DNA of 63,615 nt, counting the filler, from Lenisia limosa (Eukaryota; Protista; Breviatea), in NCBI GenBank assembly GCA_001655205.1. It is 7 parts of 7 records of this genome, joined end to end, with 100 filler letters (N's around TTAATTAATTAA, not from the genome) between each part and the next. Parts side by side here need not be neighbours in the genome. Positions count along the whole stretch, not along the records: positions 45,448 to 51,795 come from LPNZ01009724.1; positions 51,896 to 56,254 come from LPNZ01003243.1; positions 56,355 to 61,494 come from LPNZ01007685.1; 4 more parts are not named here. One strand, given 5' to 3'. A program made the translations under genes and the position numbers. Shown in pieces: positions 50,750 through 61,594 of this stretch; the stretch's first letter is position 1, and each line of letters opens with the position of its first letter. Under the pieces are notes generated by a model, which had not been told where the DNA came from, did no database searches, and saw only the letters and a list, made by a program, of their open reading frames with translations.

Positions 50750-51282
50750 TAGTGCTTCCCTCGGTCCCGGTCCGGTCTTAAAACCTCAGAAAGACCGGAC
50801 CGGGACCGGACCGGTAGCGTCTGTAGTTAAAAATAAAAACTGGTAAAAGTGGTATTTTTTTGAACAAAATTTAAAAATAAAAGGTTTATTTTTGCAACTA
50901 CAGACGTTTTTTTAAAGAGCCGCCCCATTTTTAGACAAGCCGAAAATCTGGGACCGGACCGGACCGAGACCGGTTCTCTCAAAAAGAAGAGAAATCCAGA
51001 ATAATAATGAAAAAAAATTTCAATACCATGACCCGAACATCCCAATTCCATAAAATTATGATGGATATTAGTCATAATTGTCGTATTTTCAATTTAAAAG
51101 CATATAAAATACAAAGGAGCAATGTGGGTTTTATATTCATATATTGGAAGCATTTAGGTACACTTTTGACAGCTTTTGTGTATAATTGCTTGAACCGGTC
51201 GGAACCGGTCCGTACCAGGATCGGACCTGTTCCAGACCGGTTCTCTAAAAATTCGGGAGCGGTGTTGTCCAGGGAAGCACTA
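50750..51282. mobile_element. hAT-type MITE (533 bp) in an alkaline phosphatase intron
   Basis: 12-bp perfect TIR TAGTGCTTCCCT / AGGGAAGCACTA, 8-bp TSD AGTAAAAC / GGTAAAAC (7 of 8 match), interior rich in GACCGG/CCGGTC motifs, no ORF. Confidence 0.85.
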
Positions 51283-51750
51283 GGTAAAACGAAGGAATTT
51301 TTGATGAATATTGCATAAAGGTACTAATCACGAACCGAATAATCTGCAACTCTAAAAAAACAAAAAAAAACAAGCAATGACAAACATGAGCAACCAACGC
51401 TAAAACTAGACAGAAGCCAGATGACAAAAACACAAAAACAAAAACAAGCACGAGTGGGGGTAATCAACTTCATAAAAACTAATTATAGTATTATGGTAAA
51501 CAGTATTTGCCTGGGTCATTGAAAAGGGGTTCTTAAAGGTAATCAACTTCTTAAAAGTTACATCATCATCATCACCACCACCATCGCCCCCCCCCCTCTT
51601 CAGGATAATGTCTAGGTGGGGTTATCAATTGCCCATGACCGGGATAAGTCTTGACCGATTTGCTATGTGATTATCCAAGGAAAATCGATCAAGACATCAT
51701 GGTTATTGTCAGATATATATATGCGCATATATATTATATAAGGCGACCCC

Positions 51751-51795
51751 CCTGAGTGCGAATTCCAACCTGAGTGCGAATTCCAACCTGAGTGC
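51751..51795. repeat. 18-bp tandem repeat CCTGAGTGCGAATTCCAA (2.5 copies, running into the scaffold end)
   Basis: Read directly. Confidence 0.85.
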
Positions 51796-51895
51796 NNNNN
51801 NNNNNNNNNNNNNNNNNNNNNNNNNNNNNNNNNNNNNNNTTAATTAATTAANNNNNNNNNNNNNNNNNNNNNNNNNNNNNNNNNNNNNNNNNNNN
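51796..51895. other. Artificial scaffold-joining linker
   Basis: 44 N + TTAATTAATTAA + 44 N. Confidence 0.95.
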
Positions 51896-52502
51896 CCACC
51901 TCTGGGGCGACCCCACTGGCCACCTCTGGGGCAGCCCCAGAGGTTCTCGGGTCCAGCCCCACAAAACCTCTGGGGCTGCCCCAGAGGTGGGTTGACTAAC
52001 ACACAATTTCCTTTGTTGAAACAAAATAACAATGTTAAAAAAAAAAGACTGTCGGCTAAACAAAAAAAAGTCCGTCGGCTAAAAAAAAAAATTCCGTCGG
52101 CAAAAAAAAAAANNNNNNNNNNNNNNNNNNNNNNNNNNNNNNNNNNNNNNNNNNNNNNNNNNNNNNNNNNNNNNNNNNNNNNNNNNNNNGTCCGTCGGCT
52201 ACCAAGAATTGAACTGAACTGAACTGAACTGGCATCATCCAGTTTAGTATATATAATGAAAAAAACCTTTTTCCCTCCCATTTCCTAACGAATTCCAGTC
52301 CAAGGTATGGGTATCCATTATGTTTTTGATTTTTTGCTATTTCGAAAACCTCTGGGGCTACCCCAGAGGTTCTCAGGTCCAGCCCCACAAAACCTCTGGG
52401 GCAGCCCCAGAGGTTCTCAGGTCCAGCCCCACAAAACCTCTGGGGCAGCCCCAGAGGTTCTCGGGTTCAGCCCCACAAAACCTCAGGGGCAGCCCCAGAG
52501 GT
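51896..52502. repeat. Two clusters of a palindromic minisatellite (44-bp unit containing AACCTCTGGGGC-A/T-GCCCCAGAGGTT), separated by An-TCCGTCGGCT repeats and (GAACT)4
   Basis: Units start at 52347, 52391, 52435 and 52479 (period 44); two good and one degenerate copy at 51896-51988. Confidence 0.9.
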
Positions 52503-52691
52503 TTCTTGCCAGTGCACTGCCAGCAACTCACTCCTTTTAGGAACCACTGAGGTGACCACCAACGGCAGTTGTTGTTGGACGGAAGGCCCATCATGGTGGG
52601 AGGGGGGTCCATCTTGTGATTTGGAGTTTATTTTGGTGGAAAGTTTTGTCCTTTTATGAATCCCGTAGTGAAGTTAATTCTGTTGTAGGTG

Positions 52692-55600
52692 ATGATCGGC
52701 GACCCGTCGGCGGCTGATAGGAAGCTGTGGGAGGACGTTATAAGGGAGGCCGACAGTCAGCTAACGGGTGTTATTGGGGAAGAGCTTTCCGCAGTGGCAC
52801 TCACCACAAAGCTCATCCTGACTGAACAGCATAACGCGGCTAACCAAGGAGACCCCGACCTCACTGGCGCCGTTGTAGTCGAGCTTGACAACCGCAACAC
52901 ATTGGCGTCATTTGTCGGCCGGACTGACCAGAACACGACCGAGGCCGGCGATCAACACAACCCGGCCGACGTCGGAGGCCCCGTTGGAATGCCGGGCGTG
53001 GTCACTGTCAGTGAACTGTACCTGGCCTGGACCAGTGGTGTGACCGCCATCGTCAACCACCGGCCGTTTAGTCTCGTTCGCGCTATCAGACTCATTGGCG
53101 CCTCATCCCGGCGGACGCCGGACATCGCGCTTGGTCTTGTAAAGCAGGTGCATGATGGAGGCAATGACGAGAACCTGGTGCGCGAAGGCATTAACCGCAA
53201 GCGCGTCGGCATCCTCAACGGCCAGCACATCACGTACCTTCTTTTAATTGCGGCCGGGTACTTTGGCGAGGATGAGGTTGCCGTCGTTCACGGTGCTAGT
53301 ATTGCCGCCATGTTTCCGTATTTCACCACTCTGACCGTCGCGGAGCGTCAGGCGTTCAAGGTGCCCGTGTCGACCTACGCTACCGCCACATCCGAGGCGG
53401 CCCATGCCCTGAGTGTCTCCTACCGGGAGCGAGCGACCCGGAGTGATGATACTACCAGCAGGCCTAAGGGCGTTACCCGGACCTGCCTTCTTGCGTTCTT
53501 GGCCGACGGAGGCTCCTTGACGCCGCGGTCGTCGTGCTCTGCCGCCCTCAACACAAAGGTGTACCGAGAGGTCTGCACCGGCCTTACGCAGACCTTCATT
53601 GGCCGGTGGTTGCGGGAGTGCGGCAAGATTGCCAATCAATCCCCGGCCGTCTGGAGCGGCTACCTCAAGCATCGCTGGGGCAAGCCGGTCTACACGCACC
53701 TCACTTACGACGACCGCGTGTTTGTCTGCCCTGACGCTGTACCCGACATGGTCCGCAGCAGCCCGGCGTATGACGACGACACCCACGACGTGTTTCTGCA
53801 AGGCCTCGTTGACAAGAAAGTTGTGGTGTCGAACACGAGCTGCACGGTCGCGATTGCGTACGCCACCGCCCTGTCGTCGGCCCGAGCCCGCAATGCCGCA
53901 GCCGTCCGCGACCTCACACCTGCCGTCATCGCCGCCATTGCCGTCGTTGCGCCCTTTGCCCCGGCTAGCAGCCGTTCGTCGACGCCCCCAGAGTTGCTCG
54001 CGCTCTTCAAGCAGCTTCTCGAGAGCCCCGGCGAGAATGCCGCCGCCGTTGTTAACGCTCTGGAGGAAAGCCTCGCCGCCAGCAACCACGCCGCCAGTGA
54101 CCTGCTAACGGCGGACAACAGCAACCCCCTCGGCTGGTCCACCGGGTCACTGACCTTCCCAACCATTCAAGGGCAATGGACCCCCCGAGCCGCCGCGCGA
54201 GTGTTGTTCAACTCCGTCGTCACCGCTGCCGTTGCCGCCTGTATGGACCTCAACAAAAAGCCGGCCGGCAAGCAGGCGGAGGCCGACCCACTAGTCCTCG
54301 ACTGGGACACGGCGTTCTGGTCGACCGTGACCACCGCTGCCCGCTTGGTCGACGCCGCCGCTATTAACCTGACTCGATTCTGGCTGTTCCTACGCCGCCA
54401 CGACCTCAAGCGCTCTAAGGCCGCCGTCAGCCGCTGGTACAAGTCGGCCGTTAGCTGGTACGACCACGCCATTGAGGGCCAGCCCGGCGAGAAGCGTGAC
54501 AACATTTTTGAGCCGCCTCGTCTTGAGCTGCCTGCGAACTTTGCCTACGGCGACTGCCTGCCATGGATGTGCACNNNNNNNNNNNNNNNNNNNNNNNNNN
54601 NNNNNNNNNNNNNNNNNNNNNNNNNNNNNNNNNNNNNNNNNNNNNNNNNNNNNNNNNNNNNNNNNNNNNNACCGGGCGCCGGCATGGACGACTCGCCTCG
54701 ACGCCGCCCTCGGGGTTCACGCCCTGGCCTTTGCTATGTTCGGCCTCGGCCTGTTGCTGCCGACCACCGGCGACGACGACACCTTTGTCACCTTTGCGAA
54801 CTACGGTCGGCCGATGCTGGAGGCCGCTCTCGCCGCTGGCGCCACGAAGGCCGCCGTCGCTGACGCCGCCGCCTCGCGCCTCACCGTCCAGCACAACCTG
54901 CTGCGCAACATCGTGCTGCAGGGTGCTCGCCCGCGCAGCGGCGACGGCCGCCAAGAAGCCCTCCTCAACATCAACGCTGACGCGGTCGGCTGCCACGAAG
55001 GCCCCTGTCCCACCACCAACGGCAGCGACGCCGAGTGTATTGTGCCTCTCTTCTGTGACGGTCTCGTTGCCAACCTCGGCCACGTAACGGCTTCGGCACT
55101 CTTCGCGGGAGACTACCACCCGCCACAAAAGTACATAAACTTCCTGCTCGGCCGCACTGGTCCGCTGCCGCCTAAGCATTGGGACCCGGCCGGCCGTGAC
55201 GCCGTTGCCGCCAATTTCATCCCCCTTCCCGAAGAAGCTTTTGCCGTAGCGTCACTTGTCGCTGCCGCCGACGACGAGCCTGAAGACGACGACTCCGACG
55301 GCTACACCGCAGCTGCCGACGCCGTCAAGGCCGCCAAGGCTGCCAAGTCCTCCAAGGCCTCCAAGGCCAGGCGACGACGGTCGCCGTCGCCAAACCTCGA
55401 AGACCAGCCGGCCTCCGCCTCCGCCACCGACGACGACCTAGCCATCCTCTCTGGAGAACAGCAGTACTGCTACCACTTCAACACCCTCGCTGAGGGCTTG
55501 CCTCTCCACAGCCGCGTCCGTGTTAACAACACCGTCTACAAAGTCGTTGAGGTTGTTAACCCGTCCTCCGACATCCAACCAAAGTGCGGTACCATCCACT

Positions 55601-56254
55601 ACGTCATGAACCGCAACCCCGCCGTCGTGGCACCGAAGCTACACCTTCTTCCGCGACCAGACTACGACTCACCCGCCAGCAACCGGGACGACGAAGAGGA
55701 AATAAACCTGGATAACTACAGTGAAGACGACTACGACGAAGAAGAAGAAGAAGAAGAAGAAGAAGAAGACGAAGAAGAAGAAGAAGAAGAAGAAGAAGAC
55801 GACGGCAAGAAGCGCCGAGTTGTCAGCCGTCACAAAAGACGTCGCCGCCCCAAGCGACAGGTGCTGCTCCAGTCCCCTCCGGCAAAGTCGCCCAAGCGCG
55901 GCAAGCTGACTCCTGCTTCCGCCGCTGCCAATGCCCGCGTTCGCCAAGCCGCCACCACCGTCAATACTGCCACCAAGCGTCGTGCCGCGGAGAAGGCTGC
56001 TCAGGTTCAGGCCATGAAGGCCGCCGCCAAAGCAACCGCCGCCGACGAGCGCCAGAAAAGGCCGAAGGCTGTAGCCTTCTCCGCGCGGTCGCTGCAAAGC
56101 GCCGCCCAGCAGGAGATGCGGGTAGTAGCGCGCGTCAGAGCCACCGCCAAGAAGAAGAAGGTGAAAGCCAAAAAGGCCGGCGAAAAAGAAGAGCGCGACC
56201 GTGAACAGCGACGAGCCGCCCTCGTCAGGAAGGCCAAGCGTAACAGGCCTCCCT
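52692..56254 (+). CDS. Orphan GC-rich ORF, probably one >1,150-aa protein with an acidic tract and a basic tail; 3'-truncated
   Basis: The 724-aa and 612-aa ORFs meet at the gap 54575-54670. No stops on either side, C/G-ending codons dominate, no internal introns. A possible short upstream exon ends ATG|gtgggaggggg (about 52593) with acceptor tgtag| at 52688. Confidence 0.7.
55738..55800 (+). repeat. (GAA)n microsatellite encoding poly-Glu
   Basis: GAAGAAGAA... with two GAC interruptions. Confidence 0.95.
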
Positions 56255-56354
56255 NNNNNNNNNNNNNNNNNNNNNNNNNNNNNNNNNNNNNNNNNNNNTT
56301 AATTAATTAANNNNNNNNNNNNNNNNNNNNNNNNNNNNNNNNNNNNNNNNNNNN
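56255..56354. other. Artificial scaffold-joining linker
   Basis: 44 N + TTAATTAATTAA + 44 N. Confidence 0.95.
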
Positions 56355-57095
56355 TCCTGTCGTGTCATTCGTGTTTCAAGTTTACTATTCCATTTTGTGT
56401 GATGGTGTTTCCCACTATATCAGCATCAGCAGCTCAGTGCGATTCAAACAAAAAAACAAAAACACAGCTGGGTGTTGGGATGGTTAACGATTAACATTAC
56501 ACACCGAAACATAAAATTTACACGAAGTGAGTCTGGCCCTACTGGTAGCCGGGGACAATAACACGGGCCGGATTGACCCAGAGCTGCTGGGAACGAAGTG
56601 ACCCAAATTGAGAATTACCGATCTGCTCTTTCCCATTTTCATTTTTTCTCCGCGTCAGTCACTCCAGTAGCCTTCTTGCCTCTTCTTGCAAATACTCATA
56701 GTAATTAATAATAATAACACAGTCAATACTACCCACATACTCTACCCGAGTCCGCCTTGACTCGAGCTGTTACGGATCTCTAACCAGAAGCACACACCGC
56801 CAGCTCTCAGCTTAATCAAAAGAAATTCCAAGGTGAAGCCATACTACTTCTGGAGATTTCTTTGGGTTCCTGTATATATATGAATTTCATATGGTTAAAT
56901 CAAGGAGACGTATATTTTATACCTCCGTTTAAACTCTAAGATGTTTGAGGCTCTTTAGATTTTGCGCTGTGCTTTTCCTTAAACTTTTTTTTTTTACCCC
57001 TAGCTTCCTTCGTTTTGATTGATATTCATCTCATTAGATTTTTTTATATATGTTTGCGTTTCAAAGCGTCTAACTCCCACCCCTAACACCCACAG

Positions 57096-60000
57096 GGAAA
57101 GAGGAATGTAGCGCCATCAAAATGATGACGCGTAGGAAAGAGAGGTAAGATTTCCCCTTCGTACTTTTTTCCAAGGATAATATAGCATCCAGTGACTGGA
57201 ATTAATCTTGACGGATTTTCTTTGGAAATCAAAAAGCCAATCGGTCAAGGCTTATCCCGGTCACTGTACATGTATGATATATGAAACAGAGAAGTGAGTT
57301 AATGCTCAGTGATAATACCTTCAACTTAATAGAGATTGGAAAATCCATCTCTTTCACGCCACATCTATTCCTAAATTGAACATTCATCCAATCCGCTCAA
57401 ATCCATAATTGGAGAATTGAAATGCCCATAATATTGGGGGGGGGGGGTCAACATATAACATATGGGCTTCCTTATTTGTTTTGTCGTTTGTTTTATAAAT
57501 TCCCACTAACCACTCACCACCAGTCTGACCACCCCGCCTCCCCGGGTGATAGTCGACCTCAATTCCAGTCCTAACGTCTTCGATGTCAGCCCCCCACGAG
57601 ACCTCACGCCTCTGGTGCACCTTGGGCTTCAAAACCCCCCCATCATAAGACGGCCTCCAAAGCCTCCAAAGCCGCTCAAAAAGAAGAAGGCAGCATTCCG
57701 ATCCAACCCTCAGATAACAGATAGCAGTCACCTTCCCGAGGGCGTGGTAGTGCCATTCATTCTTATGCCACCTATCCCGTGGGTAGGGGTGAGGGAATCT
57801 TTATTCAAGGAAAAGGGTAAGATGCTGACTTCATCATTTCTTGAACCCAATCCCAGAAAGTGAATAATTTTTTTGCAGTAAAGTCTCTATTAAAACTAGG
57901 GTCAAAGAGATCTAGAATAACTTGGGCTTTGTTTGTTGCTTTGTTGTGTTATACCCTCTCATGCGGAGTTTTTTTATGTGTCATAAATAGGAAAGCTTCT
58001 GAATACCACTGGGATTTTTTATTATTATCACCATCATCAGAGTCAATTTAGCCAATCGTCATTGGATAACTTTTCAGATGGAGTTTGATACCAAATGAGC
58101 TGTTATCCACACAGCACTCTTGCTCTGCTGTTGTCTTGGGCCCAACTTTTGTGGGCATGGGGGGGGGGGGNNNNNNNNNNNNNNNNNNNNNNNNNNNNNN
58201 NNNNNNNNNNNNNNNNNNNNNNNNNNNTTATTCGGATAGTATATTGGTAATTTGTGAAGTCTAATGTTTTTTATAAAAGTACTAGTAATTATATCTCTTT
58301 GTGTTTATTAGCATCCCTTGATTTTATTTCTATTATTCGGTTGTCCCCAAAGCAATATTCGGATAATTCAACGGTTATAATATTTTATTTTTGGTCAATT
58401 CGGAACCTCAATTACATTTCAGGCAGCGAAAGAGGAACCAAAGCTAGACCCCCAACCCAAGGAATTTATGGTGAGTACCTGAATATTTGTTTACATTGTT
58501 GGGAAATAGTATTATTATTAAAAAAATTCCCCTGCCGAAGCTGATTCTGGGGTATCTTATAGGACTCGAATGACAAAATAAAACAATGAGGGTCTCATTA
58601 TGTAGCACATTTCCAGCCTTGTTGCCTCGCCCTCAACTATGGGAAGTATCTTCTCAGGCAATTCGCATCAAATGTGCTCTGGTATGTATCGGGCTTCACT
58701 GCTTTCACCAATCATTTATAAACTTGTTGTGTACAAGACATATAATAATACCTTTGAATCAGAGCAAAATATAAATAGCTTTAAAATATATGTATGATCA
58801 TAGCATATTATTTTTAAAAAAAAGACCGCCTTTAGTCATTGTGTTCTCACAAATTAACCTTCAATGCAATCTCTCCATTCAAAAAGACCTTGTACTATAA
58901 GTTTAGCTTCAAATCTTACAATTCAGACTCGGGGTATGTGACCTGTAATGACAGTCGAAGGTGTTGCAAGGGGAGCAACTGTGTGTGTGTCCTCAGCAAC
59001 ACTAGGGGAAATGTTGGCAGGGCTAATATGTCGTCCCATATCCACTAGTGATAATATGTAATATGGAGTCAAATTTAAAAGCTTGAACAACATAAGATAT
59101 AACAAATTGTATTATGAAACAGGTCTCAATGAATCAATAGTCAACATTTATCGAGAATATAATTAGTATTCCGTGTTTTGGAACCTACAGTTTCGCTCTT
59201 CGTTAACATGCATAGTCGCAGATGATCCATCAGGCATATACGCCAAGCGGTTTACTGAATTATCTCTACAAAGGTTAGTTGTTCGTTTGCCAGGATACAA
59301 TGGTGGGCATAAACATTGAAATAGTTCACACACCACAGCACAACATAAATATCGTGTTGATGGATATTCATTGTGAAAACCCTTCTTTTGGGGAAAAAAA
59401 AGAAGCCTAACCACATTTCAGGTGACACTATTCATGAGTGTGCGCCAGGCATCTGCCCGTGTCCGTCAAATTGCGGCAATAGGGTGTCACAACGCCCGGC
59501 AGAAGAAGGCCTTTTGAAAGTTAATGGGATTGGGGGGGGGGGGGGGGNNNNNNNNNNNNNNNNNNNNNNNNNNNNNNNNNNNNNNNNNNNNNNNNNNNNN
59601 NNNNNNNNNNNNNNNNNNNNNNNNNNNNCCAATTTTGTTGATAATTTCAAGAGACATCTGACTCAAAGAGCTAACTTAATCTTGGGCAAGCAGCTATGGA
59701 GGGGTTATCAAAGTTATCACTAATGTCTAGGTGGTGTCCTTCAAAGATTTCGACCCTTCATTCAAGGGTGTTGTTGCAACTCGAGACTTGCAAGCCGGGG
59801 AGTTCATTATTGAATATGCTGGCGAGGTGTGTTGGATTCGGCACTTCACTATTATCAAGCCTTTTTTTAAAAAAATCAAATTTGTACAATGGATTTGTTG
59901 TACATAATATAATATATTGACAGTTAAATTCGGATTAGAATTTTCTTTTGTTTCCTCAACAAATGATTGGGTGAATTAATATCAAATCTCTCATAAGCTT

Positions 60001-61494
60001 ATTGTGTAAATGGTCTTATACTTCCTTGTTTTATTTCGCAGTAATCCCTATCCCAATGACAAAACAGGTCATCAGTGACAAGGTAGCTGACCGTCGGGGC
60101 GAGTACTACGATACCGCTCAGATCGGTTCGTACCTATTCGACTGTGAACTAGACGAGGAGCTAATACAGTGGGGTGTGCGATATCATCGGAATTGGACCC
60201 AACCCAGCCATGCCTATTTATGGCTGTATGGCTGTTTTTACATTATCCAAAAGCCCCAGCTTGTATGTATGTTACTAATTATATGACTATACTTTATGAA
60301 CTTTGAGTTTCAAAACAATAGATCCTTTTTTTTCGAATTACTCTGCAGCTCCTCCTCGCGCTCATTTTGCGCCATTGACGCCCGATATTACGGAAACATT
60401 TCACGCTACTTCAACCACTCCTGTGACCCCAACTTGAAGGTGATGAAGGTGTGCTTCAATTCGGATATGGGGTGTTCTTGGAAATTGTGTTGTTATTTGT
60501 CTATCCGTATCAAATGTCCATTTATGGATCTCTCTAATGTTTTTTCCAAGCTATTGCACCCACTAATACCCTTTGATGTAGTGATAACAATCAACTGGTT
60601 TCTGATCACAAATTAAATAGTTTAATATCTTCGCTTACCATAATACTCTTTTCTGGTATTTTAATAAAATGTTTCTATCCACCTAGGTTTTTCCAGCGGT
60701 TGTAAGCATCATGCCTGATCTGAGCAAAAAACCCTGCCATTTTGACTCATCACATTTGTGAGTGCTGTGTTATTAAACATTCCGCTGAGTTGGGGTTGTA
60801 GGGCAGCTGATGAGGCCTGAAACCGTTTTGAATGACCATTCAATGAAAATTGCTAAAAGGATATCTGACATTGGCAGTGATGTCCAAAAAGATCAAAAAA
60901 GCTTGCGCCCAAGAAAATGTGTATGCAGGATGGGAAGGCACAGAAAGCTGTGTGCAGGGTTGTGTCTTTTATTTCAATAGGGGACACTGTTATACATAGT
61001 AACATTGATATCTGATGTTTTATTATGTTATTGTTCAACTACTCACCCCCCAGACCCGGGAATCTGGTGACGTGTCAAACCTCAAGCCGCAATCTGTCCT
61101 GGACTTCCGAGCCTTCAGACTTTGCTTCTTTGCCCGAAGACCAATCAAGGCCGGCGAGGAGCTGTGCTTTGACTACGGCGTAGGCTGCGGACAGAGGGGG
61201 GGGGTTACAGCTGTTTGTACTGTAATTGTGCAACGTATAGATATGTTCTAGTTTTGGTGTTCTTTCTTCCTAAAATTTCCATATATCTTATCATACAAAC
61301 TATCAATTATATTTGTATTATTGAATCATAAAGAACATAAAAAAAAGGAGTCAAGACCTATGATTCGAGGCGAACCAATCTGACGTCCCAGTACCAGCTT
61401 GATCATTTACCGAAAGGAGTTGAGAATATCAATTGCTCATGCGGTGCTGGTCGATGTCGAGGCTCACTATACGCCATATTGTATGGGGGCTCTT
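57096..61494 (+). CDS. Pre-SET/SET/post-SET histone lysine methyltransferase, G9a/GLP-SUV39 (H3K9) type
   Basis: Exons CNDSRRCCKGSNCVC, IHECAPGICPCPSNCGNRVSQ, GVVATRDLQAGEFIIEYAGE|VISDKVADRRG..SYLFDCE, IDARYYGNISRYFNHSCDPNL, RLCFFARRPIKAGEELCFDYG, INCSCGAGRCRGSL. The 5' end may extend to about 56750. Confidence 0.9.
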
Positions 61495-61594
61495 NNNNNN
61501 NNNNNNNNNNNNNNNNNNNNNNNNNNNNNNNNNNNNNNTTAATTAATTAANNNNNNNNNNNNNNNNNNNNNNNNNNNNNNNNNNNNNNNNNNNN
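61495..61594. other. Artificial scaffold-joining linker
   Basis: 44 N + TTAATTAATTAA + 44 N. Confidence 0.95.

Noticed and set aside
52347-52502. CRISPR-like array
   Set aside because: The intervening 20-bp segments are identical or nearly so rather than unique spacers, there is no cas gene, and the context is eukaryotic.
55721-56097. Poly-Lys (+) and poly-Phe (-) ORFs
   Set aside because: They are alternate readings of the (GAA)n tract.
60806-60825. Hammerhead ribozyme core CTGATGAGGCCTGAAAC
   Set aside because: Only 5 nt lie between CUGAUGA and GAAA, and I found no convincing stems I/III or NUH site.
27085-61594. Six TTAATTAATTAA palindromes as a biological repeat, and gene neighbourhoods across them
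   Set aside because: Each is flanked by exactly 44 N on both sides, which marks an artificial concatenation linker. Genes on different pieces are not known to be adjacent, so no cluster or operon-like system is claimed.
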